NCBI GenBank assembly: GCA_964372915.1
Contig: CAYJRN010000001.1
Location: 100,305-164,304, forward strand
DNA from: an uncultured Planctomycetales bacterium
Lineage (GTDB): Bacteria > Omnitrophota > Gorgyraeia > Zapsychrales > JAHFFX01
Length of the DNA: 64,000 nucleotides
Reading direction: 5' to 3'
Part shown: piece after piece, positions 36,319-46,263 of the stretch
Layout of the letters: each line of letters starts with the position of its first letter
Position numbering within the stretch: the first letter of the stretch is position 1
The notes under the pieces: generated by a model
The model's input: only the letters and a program-made list of their open reading frames with translations
Told to the model about the DNA's origin: nothing
Database searches by the model: none
Position numbers and translations under genes: made by a program

Positions 36319-38643
36319 ATGATCCAAGCCATTAATAAAGATTTTGTCAACCCCGTCGGCAAAAGCGTCCCCAAAATCGATGGCAAGGCGATTGTCACGG
36401 GACAGGCAAAATACGTTTTTGATCTCAGCCTCCCCAATATGCTCGTTGGCAAAATGCTGCGTAGCCCTCATCCGCACGCCCGTATCCTCACTATCGATAC
36501 TTCCAAAGCCCAAAAACTGCCCGGTGTCAAGGCCATCATCACCTCCAAAGACACGCATCTTATCAAATACGGATCCAATGAATATTTTTTCCCCCACACG
36601 GTCGATCAAATGCCGCTCGAAGACGAGAAAGTTCGCTATATCGGCGATGAGATCGGCGCTGTGGCCGCTGTTGATGAAGAGACGGCCGAAGAAGCATTGA
36701 AACTTATTGACGTCAAATATGAAATTTTGCCGGCCGTTTTTGATATGGTGGAGGCGATGAAGCCGAACGCCCCTCAGATCCACGAGGCGATGAACAATAT
36801 TGCCGTCATTTTGCCGGTGAATTTCGGCAACGTGGATCGCGCGCTTAAGGAATCGGATTACGTACGGGAAGACACTTTCTATTCCCAGGCGGCCTCCCAT
36901 TGTTCGATGGAGCCGCATGTTTGTGTCGGACAGTTTGAAATGTTTTCCAATAAAGTGACCCTTTGGTCCTCCAGCCAGGCGCCGTTCAAATGCCGTGAGG
37001 CCTTGGCCAAATGTTTAAAGATGGATTTAAACGACGTGCGCGTCATCAAGCTGGCGGTGGGAGGAGGGTTTGGAAGTAAATTAGAAATGCTTCCCATGGA
37101 TTTTGCTTCCGTGTTGCTGTCGAAAAAATGCGACGGACAACCGGTCAAAATTACCTATACCCGCGAAGAGGAATTTTCTTTCTCACGCCGCAAACACCCG
37201 ATGATCTACAAAGTCAAATCCGGCGTCAAAAAAGACGGCACCCTCATGGCCATCTCCGGAGAAGTCATTGCCGATGGGGGCGCCTATTGCAGCTACGGAC
37301 CGACGGTGATCGCCGCGGCCATCATGCGCATCTTCATGGTTTATAAGATCAAAAATTTTCGCGTTAACGGTTATCGCGTTTATACCAATAACCCCATTAG
37401 CGGAGCGATTCGGGGATTCGGCGGTGTTCAGTCCGGATTTTCCATCGAATCGCACATGGATTTACTGGCGCAGGGCATCGGAATGGATCCGGTGGAATTC
37501 CGTCTTAAGAACATCACGGAACCCAACATGATCACCATCAACAAAATGGTCCTGACCTCCAATGGCCTTAAGGAATGCATCGAGAAGGGCATTGAGGCGG
37601 CGGACTGGAAGAATAAGCGGGGAAAAATGAAACATCTTTGCCGCGGGATCGGGATTGGCATCGCCGCGGACGTCATGGGTTCTAAAATGTACAAGTCCCA
37701 CGAGTCCGCCGGGGCCATTGTCAAAGTGGAAGAGGACGGGTCCGTCTACCTTTTTACCGGCGCGGCCGACACCGGGCAGGGTTCCAATACTGCCTTGGCC
37801 CAAATCGCCGCGCACGAGCTGGGAGTCAGCTACAGCCGCATCCGTATCAAATCCGGGGACACAGAGATCACTCCTTTTGATACCGGAAGCTTTGCCAGCC
37901 GCGTCACCTTCATCTCCGGGAATGCCGCCAAAAAAGGCGCGGCGGACGCCAAGAAACAAATCTTAAGCGTGGTCGCTGAAGAACATAAACTCTCGCCAGA
38001 TGATTTGGACATTATTGCCGAGCAAGTGGTGAACAAAAAAGACGATTCAGTCCTTATGAATTTCGACAAAGCATTGGAGCTGTGCTACTCCTTCAATTAC
38101 GGACGGCAGATCATCGGCCGGGGAAGTTACAACCCCAAGACGACTCCCGTGGATTTCCGTACCGCCGAAGGAAACGTTTCAGGAAGTTACGGCTTCGAAG
38201 CGCAAATCGCCGAGGTGGAAGTCAACAAGGAAACCGGCCATGTCAAAATTCTTAAAGTCTGGGATGCCCATGATATCGGCAAAGCCATCAATCCTCAAGG
38301 GGTCGAGGGGCAAATTGAGGGCTCCATAGCCATGGGGATCGGTTACACTCTCTACGAAGACCTCAAGTTCAAAAACGGCCGGGTGGTCAATCCCAATTTT
38401 GCCAATTACCGACTACCCAAATCCATCGGCACGGTACCGGTCGAAACAATTCTGATTGAGACCAACGACCCCGAAGGCCCTTTCGGGGCCAAAGGAATGG
38501 GGGAGGCCTCGCTCTTGCCTACCGCCGCAGCCATCGCGAACGCCATTGAAGATGCGGTGGGTGTACGGATGAAGGAATTGCCGATCACTCCCGACAAAAT
38601 CCTCAAAGCCCTCCGCGAGAAGGAAAAACGTGATTTTTCTTAA
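36319..38643 (+). CDS. Molybdopterin-binding large subunit of a xanthine dehydrogenase / aldehyde oxidoreductase family enzyme (substrate unknown)
   Basis: 774 aa with the Ald_Xan_dh_C / C2 architecture. The active-site loop reads GAIRGFGG rather than the CO-dehydrogenase VAYRCSFR motif. Confidence 0.8.
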   Translation: MIQAINKDFVNPVGKSVPKIDGKAIVTGQAKYVFDLSLPNMLVGKMLRSPHPHARILTIDTSKAQKLPGVKAIITSKDTHLIKYGSNEYFFPHTVDQMPLEDEKVRYIGDEIGAVAAVDEETAEEALKLIDVKYEILPAVFDMVEAMKPNAPQIHEAMNNIAVILPVNFGNVDRALKESDYVREDTFYSQAASHCSMEPHVCVGQFEMFSNKVTLWSSSQAPFKCREALAKCLKMDLNDVRVIKLAVGGGFGSKLEMLPMDFASVLLSKKCDGQPVKITYTREEEFSFSRRKHPMIYKVKSGVKKDGTLMAISGEVIADGGAYCSYGPTVIAAAIMRIFMVYKIKNFRVNGYRVYTNNPISGAIRGFGGVQSGFSIESHMDLLAQGIGMDPVEFRLKNITEPNMITINKMVLTSNGLKECIEKGIEAADWKNKRGKMKHLCRGIGIGIAADVMGSKMYKSHESAGAIVKVEEDGSVYLFTGAADTGQGSNTALAQIAAHELGVSYSRIRIKSGDTEITPFDTGSFASRVTFISGNAAKKGAADAKKQILSVVAEEHKLSPDDLDIIAEQVVNKKDDSVLMNFDKALELCYSFNYGRQIIGRGSYNPKTTPVDFRTAEGNVSGSYGFEAQIAEVEVNKETGHVKILKVWDAHDIGKAINPQGVEGQIEGSIAMGIGYTLYEDLKFKNGRVVNPNFANYRLPKSIGTVPVETILIETNDPEGPFGAKGMGEASLLPTAAAIANAIEDAVGVRMKELPITPDKILKALREKEKRDFS

Positions 38644-39213
38644 GTGCTTCAAATTCTTCCTCTGTGCTGAAGGTCTCCAAAATCCCACGGTCATCCACCG
38701 GAAATAAAACAATCTCCGATTCAAACTTATGCTCAATGGCGTTGACGCCTGTGTCCACATCCATTTCATTGAAGACTTTTCTCATACCCGCATCAAAAAT
38801 AGGCGGATGGCCTTTCTTACGTTCATACGTCGGGATAAGAATACGAGGCGAAGTCGAAAGAGAACAATCAACGAGGGCATCGATGGTAGCGCCTGCAATG
38901 AAGGGAAAATCGATCGGCAGAAGCATGATACCCAGAGCATGACTGGAAACGGCTGCCACACCGGTCTTAAAAGACGAAGTTTGTCCAAGATTGTAATCTT
39001 TGTTATAGACAGAAGTTACCTTCTTGTGGTTTAATATATGCGGCTTGATTTCCTCGACGTGAGCGCCTAGAACCACAATGATTTCAGCAAGTTGTGTGGG
39101 GACCAATCGAAAAATCAACTGTTCTATGAGGATTTGTCCATTAACAGGGGCAAGTGCCTTGGGGCTCCCAAAGCGCGAACTGAAACCGGCAGCCAGAAGA
39201 ATGCAGGAAATCA
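38603..39213 (-). CDS. mocA: MobA-like NTP transferase (molybdenum cofactor cytidylyltransferase MocA-like)
   Basis: ILLAAGFSSRFGSPKAL is a nucleotidyltransferase motif. I place the start at the internal ATG at 39213; the ORF-track N-extension covers the repeat hairpin. Confidence 0.65.
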
Positions 39214-39224
39214 TATTCCCATTA

Positions 39225-39292
39225 TACAGGCCTCCGCATAAGTAACGCCAATATTTTCCTGTATTATTATCAAAGAGCGGAGGCCAGTACTG
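39225..39292. repeat. Family R1 hairpin module (aGGCCTCCGcataa...CGGAGGCCagtac), third copy
   Basis: The same arms and flanks as 4307-4372, in the same + orientation, although the neighbouring gene here is on the - strand. Confidence 0.55.
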
Positions 39293-39371
39293 GCTACCAC
39301 TACTTTTTTTAGGAAAGTCAGTAAATATCTTCAAAAAAAAGTCAACCCTTCGACAAGTTCAATAGGACCCT

Positions 39372-40304
39372 ATGGATAATTTTTATTTATATGCATCAGT
39401 CATCGGCATTGGAGTTGGTATCGTGCTTGTCCTTATGGTCATTGAGCTAACTAAGGAAAAGAAAACAAGCCTTTCCAAACCTGCTTCAAAACCTACTCAA
39501 AATAAGGGGCGTTCTCCTTTAGATATTTTAACCAAACTGGGATTGCACCATAAACAATCACCCCAATTACCTTCCCAGTTGCGTAAAGACATGGAACCTC
39601 AAAACACCCTGAACACCATAGCGACACCGGAAGAGATCTCCCGCCCCGCATCTTCTACAAAGATGGAACCGGTCATTATCACCCAACCTGCCACAGAATC
39701 TGAGGAATATTTGGATCTCAAAAACAAATATGAGAAGCTGGAAAGTCTCTTTCAAGAAAAAAGCAACGAGCTGGAAAAAAAAGAGATAGCGTTTGTCAAT
39801 GAATCCAAAATTCGAAAAGACTTTAATAAAGTTAAGGATATCCTAGAAAAGGAGCTCAAGGACACAAAGGACAAGTGCCACAAGATCACCTTGGAGCTGG
39901 CGGCCGCTAAACCAGAGATCGAAAATCAGAAAAACCGCATCGATCAGCTCCAAGAGATGATCAACAGGAAGAATAAAGATATTGTGGAAAAAGAACACAG
40001 CATATCTGAATTGACCAAGCAACTGGCAAATATTACGGCTAAGGCTGCGGAGCCCACGGTACCACCATCAGCTCAACCTGAGCCTCCGGCGCCTTCTGAA
40101 ATGCCGCCGGCCGATCTTGCACCAGTTCAAGAATCATCGCCGCCGCTGGAACCTCAGGCTCAACCTCAAATTCAAGAACCAAAAGTCATTGCTAAACCTG
40201 CGGAGGAATCTGTGCCTGCTACGCCTGTACCGGAAACCCCAGCGGAACCAAACAAACCACAAGCTGAACAGCCACCGCCTACTGCAGATGAGAAACCAGC
40301 TTAA
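39372..40304 (+). CDS. Membrane-anchored coiled-coil protein with Pro/Ala/Glu-rich C-terminal tail
   Basis: N-terminal TM helix, heptad-rich middle (KNKYEKLESLFQEKSNELEKKE...), PEPPAPSEMPPADLAP... tail. Confidence 0.4.
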   Translation: MDNFYLYASVIGIGVGIVLVLMVIELTKEKKTSLSKPASKPTQNKGRSPLDILTKLGLHHKQSPQLPSQLRKDMEPQNTLNTIATPEEISRPASSTKMEPVIITQPATESEEYLDLKNKYEKLESLFQEKSNELEKKEIAFVNESKIRKDFNKVKDILEKELKDTKDKCHKITLELAAAKPEIENQKNRIDQLQEMINRKNKDIVEKEHSISELTKQLANITAKAAEPTVPPSAQPEPPAPSEMPPADLAPVQESSPPLEPQAQPQIQEPKVIAKPAEESVPATPVPETPAEPNKPQAEQPPPTADEKPA

Positions 40305-40330
40305 AATCCTAACATCCTAACAATTGAACA

Positions 40331-41131
40331 ATGGAAGACCTTTTTCTAAAAGCCTATCAAGCCGCCCTTAAAGGCCAGAGTTACGCCTTTGCGACCATCA
40401 TAGACTCCACCATCAAAGGTACCCCCCGTAAAACAGGTGCAAAAATGGTGGTCTTGGAAGATGGCTCCATTTGGGGATCGATAGGAGGGGGGCGTAATGA
40501 GAAAAACGCCCAGCTTGAGTGCTTCAAGGCCATCAAGAGTCGAAAACCCTCCGTTGTGACCTATAAATTCGATGAAAAACCGGGGAACTCCATCTGCGGA
40601 GGGGAAATCAAAGTCTTTATCGAACCTTTTGCCGGCAAAAAACACCTCATCATCTGCGGGGCCGGTCATATTGCTTTGCCGCTTTCTGCCATCGGCAAAA
40701 TGCTCAATTTCAAGGTTTCCATCTTAGATAACCGGCCGGAGCTGGCCAACATCAAGAGATTTCCGCATGTGGATGACATTCACCTGGGAGAACATGCCCA
40801 AGAGCTCAAAAAACTCAAGGTCACGCAGGACACGTTCGTTGTCATTGTCACGCAGGGTTATGAACATGATTTAAACGCCCTTTTGGTGGCCCTCAAAACC
40901 AAGGCGTCTTATATTGGATTCATTTCGAGCAAGGTCAAGAAGGTCAAATTCTTTCGTCGCTTACGCGAACAAGGCATCTCTGAAAAAAACATCAGCCGGA
41001 TCCATGCGCCTATGGGGATTGATATCGGGGCCCAGACACCGGAAGAAATTGCGGTGTCTATCGCCGGTGAATTGATTGCGGTCAACAACAACGATTTTAC
41101 GGGATCAAGCAAGTATAAGGTCAATTATTGA
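40331..41131 (+). CDS. xdhC: XdhC/CoxI-family molybdenum-hydroxylase maturation factor
   Basis: N-terminal XdhC_CoxI domain (ATIIDSTIKGTPRKTGAKMVV...GSIGGG) plus a C-terminal Rossmann domain (LIICGAGHIA). Confidence 0.78.
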   Translation: MEDLFLKAYQAALKGQSYAFATIIDSTIKGTPRKTGAKMVVLEDGSIWGSIGGGRNEKNAQLECFKAIKSRKPSVVTYKFDEKPGNSICGGEIKVFIEPFAGKKHLIICGAGHIALPLSAIGKMLNFKVSILDNRPELANIKRFPHVDDIHLGEHAQELKKLKVTQDTFVVIVTQGYEHDLNALLVALKTKASYIGFISSKVKKVKFFRRLREQGISEKNISRIHAPMGIDIGAQTPEEIAVSIAGELIAVNNNDFTGSSKYKVNY

Positions 41132-41167
41132 TAAAAATACAACGCTTCGATTCGATAGGGAGGTTTT

Positions 41168-41608
41168 ATGGACAACAAGGATGTTTTGAAAAGAAATTGG
41201 ATTATCGACCTCATTAAAGATGCCGGGTTTGGATGCATGGCAACCTCGGAAGGGAATCAGCCACGCGTGCGTCCCATGATGCCACATTTAGCGGATGATG
41301 GAACGCTTCTTTTGGCGGTTTTAGGGCAGGCTCGAACCATCAAACAGATCAAAGAAAACCCCCGGGTTGAAATCTGCTATATTGACCGCAAAATGTGCTA
41401 CTGCCGGGTCACCGGAACTGCCAAAGTCAGCGAAGATCCGAGTAAAAAAGAAACCGTCTGGAATAATATCCCAATGTTGAGGCAATACTTCGGCAGCCCG
41501 AGTGACCAAAATTTCATCCTTTTGGAAATCGATTCCAACTCCATCGAATCCATGACACCCGCCCAAAAAGCCCCCGATATCGTCAACTTTAAACTGGTAT
41601 CCGAGTAG
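41168..41608 (+). CDS. Pyridoxamine 5'-phosphate oxidase-like FMN-binding split-barrel protein
   Basis: 146 aa; GFGCMATSEGNQPRVRPM...LLLAV follows the PNPOx-like fold pattern. Confidence 0.6.
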   Translation: MDNKDVLKRNWIIDLIKDAGFGCMATSEGNQPRVRPMMPHLADDGTLLLAVLGQARTIKQIKENPRVEICYIDRKMCYCRVTGTAKVSEDPSKKETVWNNIPMLRQYFGSPSDQNFILLEIDSNSIESMTPAQKAPDIVNFKLVSE

Positions 41609-41634
41609 CTTTAGACCTATAAAATACTGCAAAA

Positions 41635-41673
41635 AAACACCATTTCTAAGAGTTAGAAAGGGTGTTTTCGTTT
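41635..41673 (+). terminator. Rho-independent terminator (AAACACC-loop-GGTGTTT + T-rich)
   Basis: A hairpin then TTTCGTTT, 27 nt after the stop at 41608. Confidence 0.6.
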
Positions 41674-42035
41674 ATTCGACTTTTCTTCTTTTCTTCATCA
41701 AAATCCGCAAGACATCTCAATAAAAGGCCAATTCTAGCAAGAAGAAAGCATAATGCAGTACTTTTCTAGAAAGGACAAGAATTTCTGCCAGAAACCTGTT
41801 TAAGGCAGGAAATGGACTATATTCTAAGTAAGTTTAAAAGCACTTTTCCACAGGAAAATCCCTAACTAACCTAAAATAAGCGAATCTAGCCCCTTACAAG
41901 AGTATTCTCTAATTCATATAGTTGACATAACATATATTATAGGAAGTTATAATAATAGTTAAAATAGAACAAAAATCGCACATACGAGCTCCCGTTAAGG
42001 AACTCTTTGAAGCAAAGCTTTCAATTGATCTCTTT

Positions 42036-42341
42036 CTATTTTTTCGACTGCACATTTCCACCGGCAATGCGGATGATTTTCCCATTAACAACAGCATCAG
42101 CGATACGCCTTCTGGCCTCTCTCAAAATCCTCCCCAAAGTGGCTCTTGAAACACCCATTTGCTGGGATGCCTGAGCCTGATCGAGCCCCTGATAGTCAGC
42201 CAATTTTAAAGCCTCCCAATGGTCAAGTCTAAGCTCAAGTTCATCAGGCCTGCCTGGCTTACCTCTGGGGCTAAATTGCACAATCTTCGGCTCATCAGAC
42301 ACATACCTAACCTTTTGCGGCCTCCCGAAGCTTGCCATCAC
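42036..42341 (-). CDS. DUF134 / UPF0251 family putative DNA-binding protein
   Basis: 101 aa; RPQKVRYVSDEPKIVQFSPRG...LELRLDHWEALKLADYQGLDQAQASQQMGVSRATLGRILREARRRIADAVVNGKIIRI matches the DUF134 pattern from memory. RBS AAGGAGAGG. Confidence 0.7.
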   Translation of the reverse strand: MMASFGRPQKVRYVSDEPKIVQFSPRGKPGRPDELELRLDHWEALKLADYQGLDQAQASQQMGVSRATLGRILREARRRIADAVVNGKIIRIAGGNVQSKK

Positions 42342-42359
42342 ACCTCTCCTTAAAGACTA

Positions 42360-42413
42360 AAACAACCCCTATGTTATTATGAACATATGCTCATAATAAC
42401 ATAGGGGTTGTTT
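42360..42413. repeat. 23-bp perfect inverted repeat with 8-nt loop (AAACAACCCCTATGTTATTATGA acatatgc TCATAATAACATAGGGGTTGTTT)
   Basis: Read directly from the sequence. It lies between the GAF-gene stop (42436) and the DUF134 RBS. Confidence 0.85.
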
Positions 42414-42435
42414 AAATCAAATCAATTTTATCAAA

Positions 42436-43512
42436 TTAAGTGGTGGTGGAAGTTTTTTGCTGCAAATTGAGCATAGCGACTGCGGTCAATTTGGAAAGAT
42501 GCGAAAGAATTTCGAGGCTTTCCTGATCCGATATGATATCTTCCGTTTTTTTGGTGTGAAGATTCATGATGCCGAAAACATTGTTTTGGGAAAAAAGCGG
42601 CATCACAAGAGCCCTTTTAATATCCGGGCGTTTTAGAAGATGCTTGATCTTATCATCCCCGTCTGTCCCGCTAATGACAAAAAGTTTTTTCTGCTTAAAG
42701 GCAACCCCCGCCACCCCCTCCCCGAATTTCAACCTGGTGTTTCGAGCCCGCGACTTATCAATGCCCCTGGAAACCTTAATGACGAGGTCTCCTTTCTCAT
42801 TGTCTAACACCATAATCGATCCGCATTCGGCCTTGGTCATACTCAGGGCCACATCCAAAAGGGTCACCAAAAGTTCATCAAAATAAATAGAAGAATAAAT
42901 GTCCTGAGCTGTCTCATTAGCCTCCTGAGACAAGACCTCCTTATTAAGGCACATTTTTTCCAACCCCTGCCTTTGCAGGTTAAGTTCAATGCCATATTTC
43001 ACTATCTCTGATAAAAGATCCAAGATCGACTTCAAGGTAATGCTGGATAAGGCTCTCACCTCATTGAGGGTGTCTAATATTTCGGTAACCGGCAGATTCA
43101 GAGTTTTAGCTATTTTTTGATATTCTTGCTGATCCAAACGTTCATTCAGGATGATGGGGCCTAGAATGAAATAAGCAAAGACACTTTCCTCCGTGTCTTT
43201 GGCTGTGATAGGAATGGCAAAGCTATGCAGATTAAAAGTGAACTGATGCTCAAGGTAAGACCCGTATTTTCGAAACTTAGAAATGAGAATTTCCGGTTCA
43301 TTGAATAGATTAGCGGTCACGGCCGGCTTATTGAAAAATTCGCTGCCATAGCGTCCCTTAACCGGAGGCAGAAGGATACGGCCCTCAAAGTCGACAATAA
43401 AAATGTTGATTTTGAGAACCTCAATGAAATGGGTCAAAATTCCAGACCATTTTTCGCGGTTCCCCATGTTCAAAATGTTCAAAACCAACTTTTTAAGTTC
43501 TTCTGGCTTCAT
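42436..43512 (-). CDS. Sensor protein with C-terminal GAF domain and N-terminal PocR-like region; no output domain
   Basis: The C-terminal ~150 aa (LLDVALSMTKAECGSIMVLDNEKGDLVIKVSRG...GEGVAGVAFKQKKLFVISG) looks like a GAF domain. The N-terminus is uncharacterised, and a PocR-like assignment is tentative. Confidence 0.55.
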   Translation of the reverse strand: MKPEELKKLVLNILNMGNREKWSGILTHFIEVLKINIFIVDFEGRILLPPVKGRYGSEFFNKPAVTANLFNEPEILISKFRKYGSYLEHQFTFNLHSFAIPITAKDTEESVFAYFILGPIILNERLDQQEYQKIAKTLNLPVTEILDTLNEVRALSSITLKSILDLLSEIVKYGIELNLQRQGLEKMCLNKEVLSQEANETAQDIYSSIYFDELLVTLLDVALSMTKAECGSIMVLDNEKGDLVIKVSRGIDKSRARNTRLKFGEGVAGVAFKQKKLFVISGTDGDDKIKHLLKRPDIKRALVMPLFSQNNVFGIMNLHTKKTEDIISDQESLEILSHLSKLTAVAMLNLQQKTSTTT

Positions 43513-43527
43513 TATGAATAAATAATA

Positions 43528-43650
43528 AATGAACTATTAACCTTTTCTTCCTTAAAACCATAAGCTTTTCTCCAACTTTGAGGTTTGAGGAGAGAAAAAG
43601 TAATATTGACTTCCATATACGGCGTTAATAGTAGAAAGGTCAATAATATC
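43528..43650. repeat. Family R2 leader repeat, copy B (5' of the GAF gene)
   Basis: ctattaaccttttcttccttaaaaccataagcttttctcc...gagagaaaaagtaatattgacttccatatacggcgttaatagtagaaaggtcaata. Confidence 0.7.
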
Positions 43651-44590
43651 TATTTTTAAAATATTCAACCGTCTTTTTAAGACCATTTGTGAAACTCACG
43701 AGCGTCTTATACTTCAAGATCCGGCTGATCTTAAAAATATCCGCATGGGTCCTAAAAACGTCGCCGGCTCGCACAGGCAAAAACTTAGGTGCAATTGTTT
43801 TGCCGATAATGCGGTTTAAATCCGCGACCAATTCCAAAACGGTGCTGTCCTTACCGTTGGCCACATTAAACACTTCATGTTTGATGCCGGGCGTGGTCGC
43901 GGCCAAAATATTCGCGCTGATGACATTGTCAATAAAGGTGAAATCCCGCGATTGCTGACCCGTACCGAAAATGGGCGGCGGCTCATCATGCAAGACGCAA
44001 TGAATGAATTTTGGGATGACGACCGCATATTCATCGTCCAGCGCTTGTTTGGGACCGAAGACATTGAAGTAACGCAAAGCTACGGTTTCTACAGCAAAGA
44101 ATTCAGAAAAAATCCGGCAGTAATATTCGCCGGTCAACTTGCTTAAAGCATAAGGAGAAATCAAAAGCGGCAGATGTTCCTCTTTTTGCGGAAATTTGTC
44201 GGTGTCCCCGTAAATGGAGCTCGAGGAAGCAAAAACAAAACGCTTCACCTTCTGTTTGGAAGCCGCCTGTAGCATGAACAAAATCCCGTTAATGTTGACG
44301 TTGTTGTAGCTCTCTGGATCGTTCATGGATTTAGGAACCGACCGAAGCGCGGCTTGGTGAAGAACATAATCCATGCCCCGAGCGGCCTTCTGGCAATCTT
44401 CTTTGTGACGAATGTCACCCCTCATAAGCTCGAACTTATCCTTGCCAAGCCCTTGGGCAAATTCGAGGTTGGACTCTTTTCCTGAATAAAAATTATCCAA
44501 CACTCGGACGAAATGGCCTTGCTTTATCAACTGTTCTGCGATGTTAGAACCGATGAATCCGGCTCCGCCCGTAATCAAAAATTTGGACAT
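43640..44590 (-). CDS. NAD-dependent sugar-nucleotide epimerase/dehydratase (GalE/WbpP-like SDR)
   Basis: ITGGAGFIGSN Rossmann motif and a YxxxK-type SDR; 316 aa. Confidence 0.8.
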   Translation of the reverse strand: MSKFLITGGAGFIGSNIAEQLIKQGHFVRVLDNFYSGKESNLEFAQGLGKDKFELMRGDIRHKEDCQKAARGMDYVLHQAALRSVPKSMNDPESYNNVNINGILFMLQAASKQKVKRFVFASSSSIYGDTDKFPQKEEHLPLLISPYALSKLTGEYYCRIFSEFFAVETVALRYFNVFGPKQALDDEYAVVIPKFIHCVLHDEPPPIFGTGQQSRDFTFIDNVISANILAATTPGIKHEVFNVANGKDSTVLELVADLNRIIGKTIAPKFLPVRAGDVFRTHADIFKISRILKYKTLVSFTNGLKKTVEYFKNRYY

Positions 44591-44611
44591 TTCTCTTCTC
44601 TCCTGCTTCTG

Positions 44612-44968
44612 TTACTTTCGCTCGTAATCATCCTGTAGACGCACAATATCATCTTCCGCCAGGTAGCTGCCGGTCGCGACCTCTATAAAAATGAGAAGGT
44701 CCTGGCCCTCATTGCCCATGCGATGAACCGCGCCCAAAGGAACATCCACAACGCTCCCGCGCTTGACCGTCATTTCCTCACCGCCTACCACCGCCAATCC
44801 GTGACCTTGAATAATGATCCACTTCTCGGATCGTTGATTGTGTTTTTGTAAACTCAAGCGGCATCCGGGATTGACCTCGACTCTTTTCACCCACACGCCG
44901 GGCTCTTGAAAAAGCTTCCTGTAGTTTCCCCAGGGACGGACAACGCAATGAGATTCGGGATTGCTCAT
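44612..44968 (-). CDS. Cupin-domain protein (mannose-6-phosphate isomerase type II C-terminal-like)
   Basis: 118 aa with cupin_2 motifs (QKHNQRSEKWIIIQGHG...GAVHRMGNEG). Confidence 0.55.
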   Translation of the reverse strand: MSNPESHCVVRPWGNYRKLFQEPGVWVKRVEVNPGCRLSLQKHNQRSEKWIIIQGHGLAVVGGEEMTVKRGSVVDVPLGAVHRMGNEGQDLLIFIEVATGSYLAEDDIVRLQDDYERK

Positions 44969-46263
44969 AAGATCCTCACGGAGTTCATACGAAAAAATCT
45001 TTTCAAGGCCTGCGACAAATAAACGAGATCCTGGTCGCCATGCGCTCCCGAAATAAAAAATGCTTCCAAATCCGCGGGTGGCCAGTAAATCCCTTGCTTC
45101 AAAAGCCGCCAGAACAAATCACTGTACATTCGCGGGGACGAAGCGGCCTGCGCTTGGCCATAATCCGTCACGGGCCCGGCTTTAAACCGGATACTCATCA
45201 TGGATTTGTAGGCCGATAGATAGGCTGGAACTTTTTGGAAAACGAAATATTGATTGAGCTCTTGAGCAAATTTCTCGCCTTTACGATTCAATTGCCGGTA
45301 AAAAGAAGTATTGAGGTTTTTCAATGTAACCAACCCTGCATTTAAAACAACCGGATTGCCGGAGAACGTCCCAGCCTGATAAACGCCGCCTAAAGGTGCC
45401 AGGCATTCCATAATATCCTTTCTTCCTCCATAAGCCCCGACCGGAAAGCCGCCGCCGATAATTTTTCCCAGACACGTCATGTCCGGAACGATGTTCAGTT
45501 CGGACTGAACACAACCTAAACTCGTTCGAAAACCCGTCATGATTTCATCAAAGATTAAAACGATATCATGCTTCTTGGTAAGATACCGGAGGACCTTGAG
45601 AAAATCTTTGCTCGCCGGAACCACCCCCATATTGCCCGCCACCGGCTCAATGATAACACAGGCGATTCTCTTATGAAAACGCTTCAGCGTGTCTGTCAAA
45701 ACAGCCGTATTATTATAAGGAAGGCTGATGGTATTTTGAATATGATTCTTGGGTATCCCCTGACTTGAGGATTCCCGCAGTTTGGCGACCCCCGATCCCG
45801 CTTTGATTAAAAGATCATCAAAATGTCCGTGGTAGCAGCCATCGAATTTAACGATCCTGCTCTTTTGAGTAAACCCGCGGGCCACCCGGATAGCGCTCAT
45901 CGTCGCTTCGGTACCGGAATTGACAAAGCGAACCAGATCGATCGAAGGAACGTGTTTGACAATGAATTGTGCGATTTCTATCTCAAGGCGAGTGGTCGTC
46001 CCAAAACTGGAACCGCCTGCCATCGCGGCGTTGACTGCCTTGACCACATCTTTGTGCGCATGTCCTAAGATCAACGCGCCCCAGGACAGACAATAATCCG
46101 TATAGGCGTTGCCATCCACATCAAAAAATCGCGCCCCCTCCCCTCTCTCCGCCACAAAGGGATTACCGCCCACGGAAACAAAGGAACGCGCCGGACTGTT
46201 AACGCCGCCAACCATCACTTCTTTGGCTTGTTGAAAAAGTTTTACGGACCTTCGGTAAGCCAC
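44965..46263 (-). CDS. hemL: Glutamate-1-semialdehyde 2,1-aminomutase
   Basis: Class III aminotransferase; the N-terminus GGVNSPARSF and 432-aa length are typical of HemL. Confidence 0.9.
   Translation of the reverse strand: MAYRRSVKLFQQAKEVMVGGVNSPARSFVSVGGNPFVAERGEGARFFDVDGNAYTDYCLSWGALILGHAHKDVVKAVNAAMAGGSSFGTTTRLEIEIAQFIVKHVPSIDLVRFVNSGTEATMSAIRVARGFTQKSRIVKFDGCYHGHFDDLLIKAGSGVAKLRESSSQGIPKNHIQNTISLPYNNTAVLTDTLKRFHKRIACVIIEPVAGNMGVVPASKDFLKVLRYLTKKHDIVLIFDEIMTGFRTSLGCVQSELNIVPDMTCLGKIIGGGFPVGAYGGRKDIMECLAPLGGVYQAGTFSGNPVVLNAGLVTLKNLNTSFYRQLNRKGEKFAQELNQYFVFQKVPAYLSAYKSMMSIRFKAGPVTDYGQAQAASSPRMYSDLFWRLLKQGIYWPPADLEAFFISGAHGDQDLVYLSQALKRFFRMNSVRIL

Noticed and set aside
34929-38643. Aerobic CO dehydrogenase (coxMSL)
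   Set aside because: The gene order matches, but the large-subunit active-site loop lacks the VAYRCSFR signature, so I call it a generic molybdenum hydroxylase.
41674-42035. Small ORF 41909-42097 (-) and possible promoters in the AT-rich 360-bp gap before the DUF134 gene
   Set aside because: The ORF is low complexity and overlaps the DUF134 coding region. The gap looks like a simple AT-rich spacer or promoter region, and I could not support any gene.
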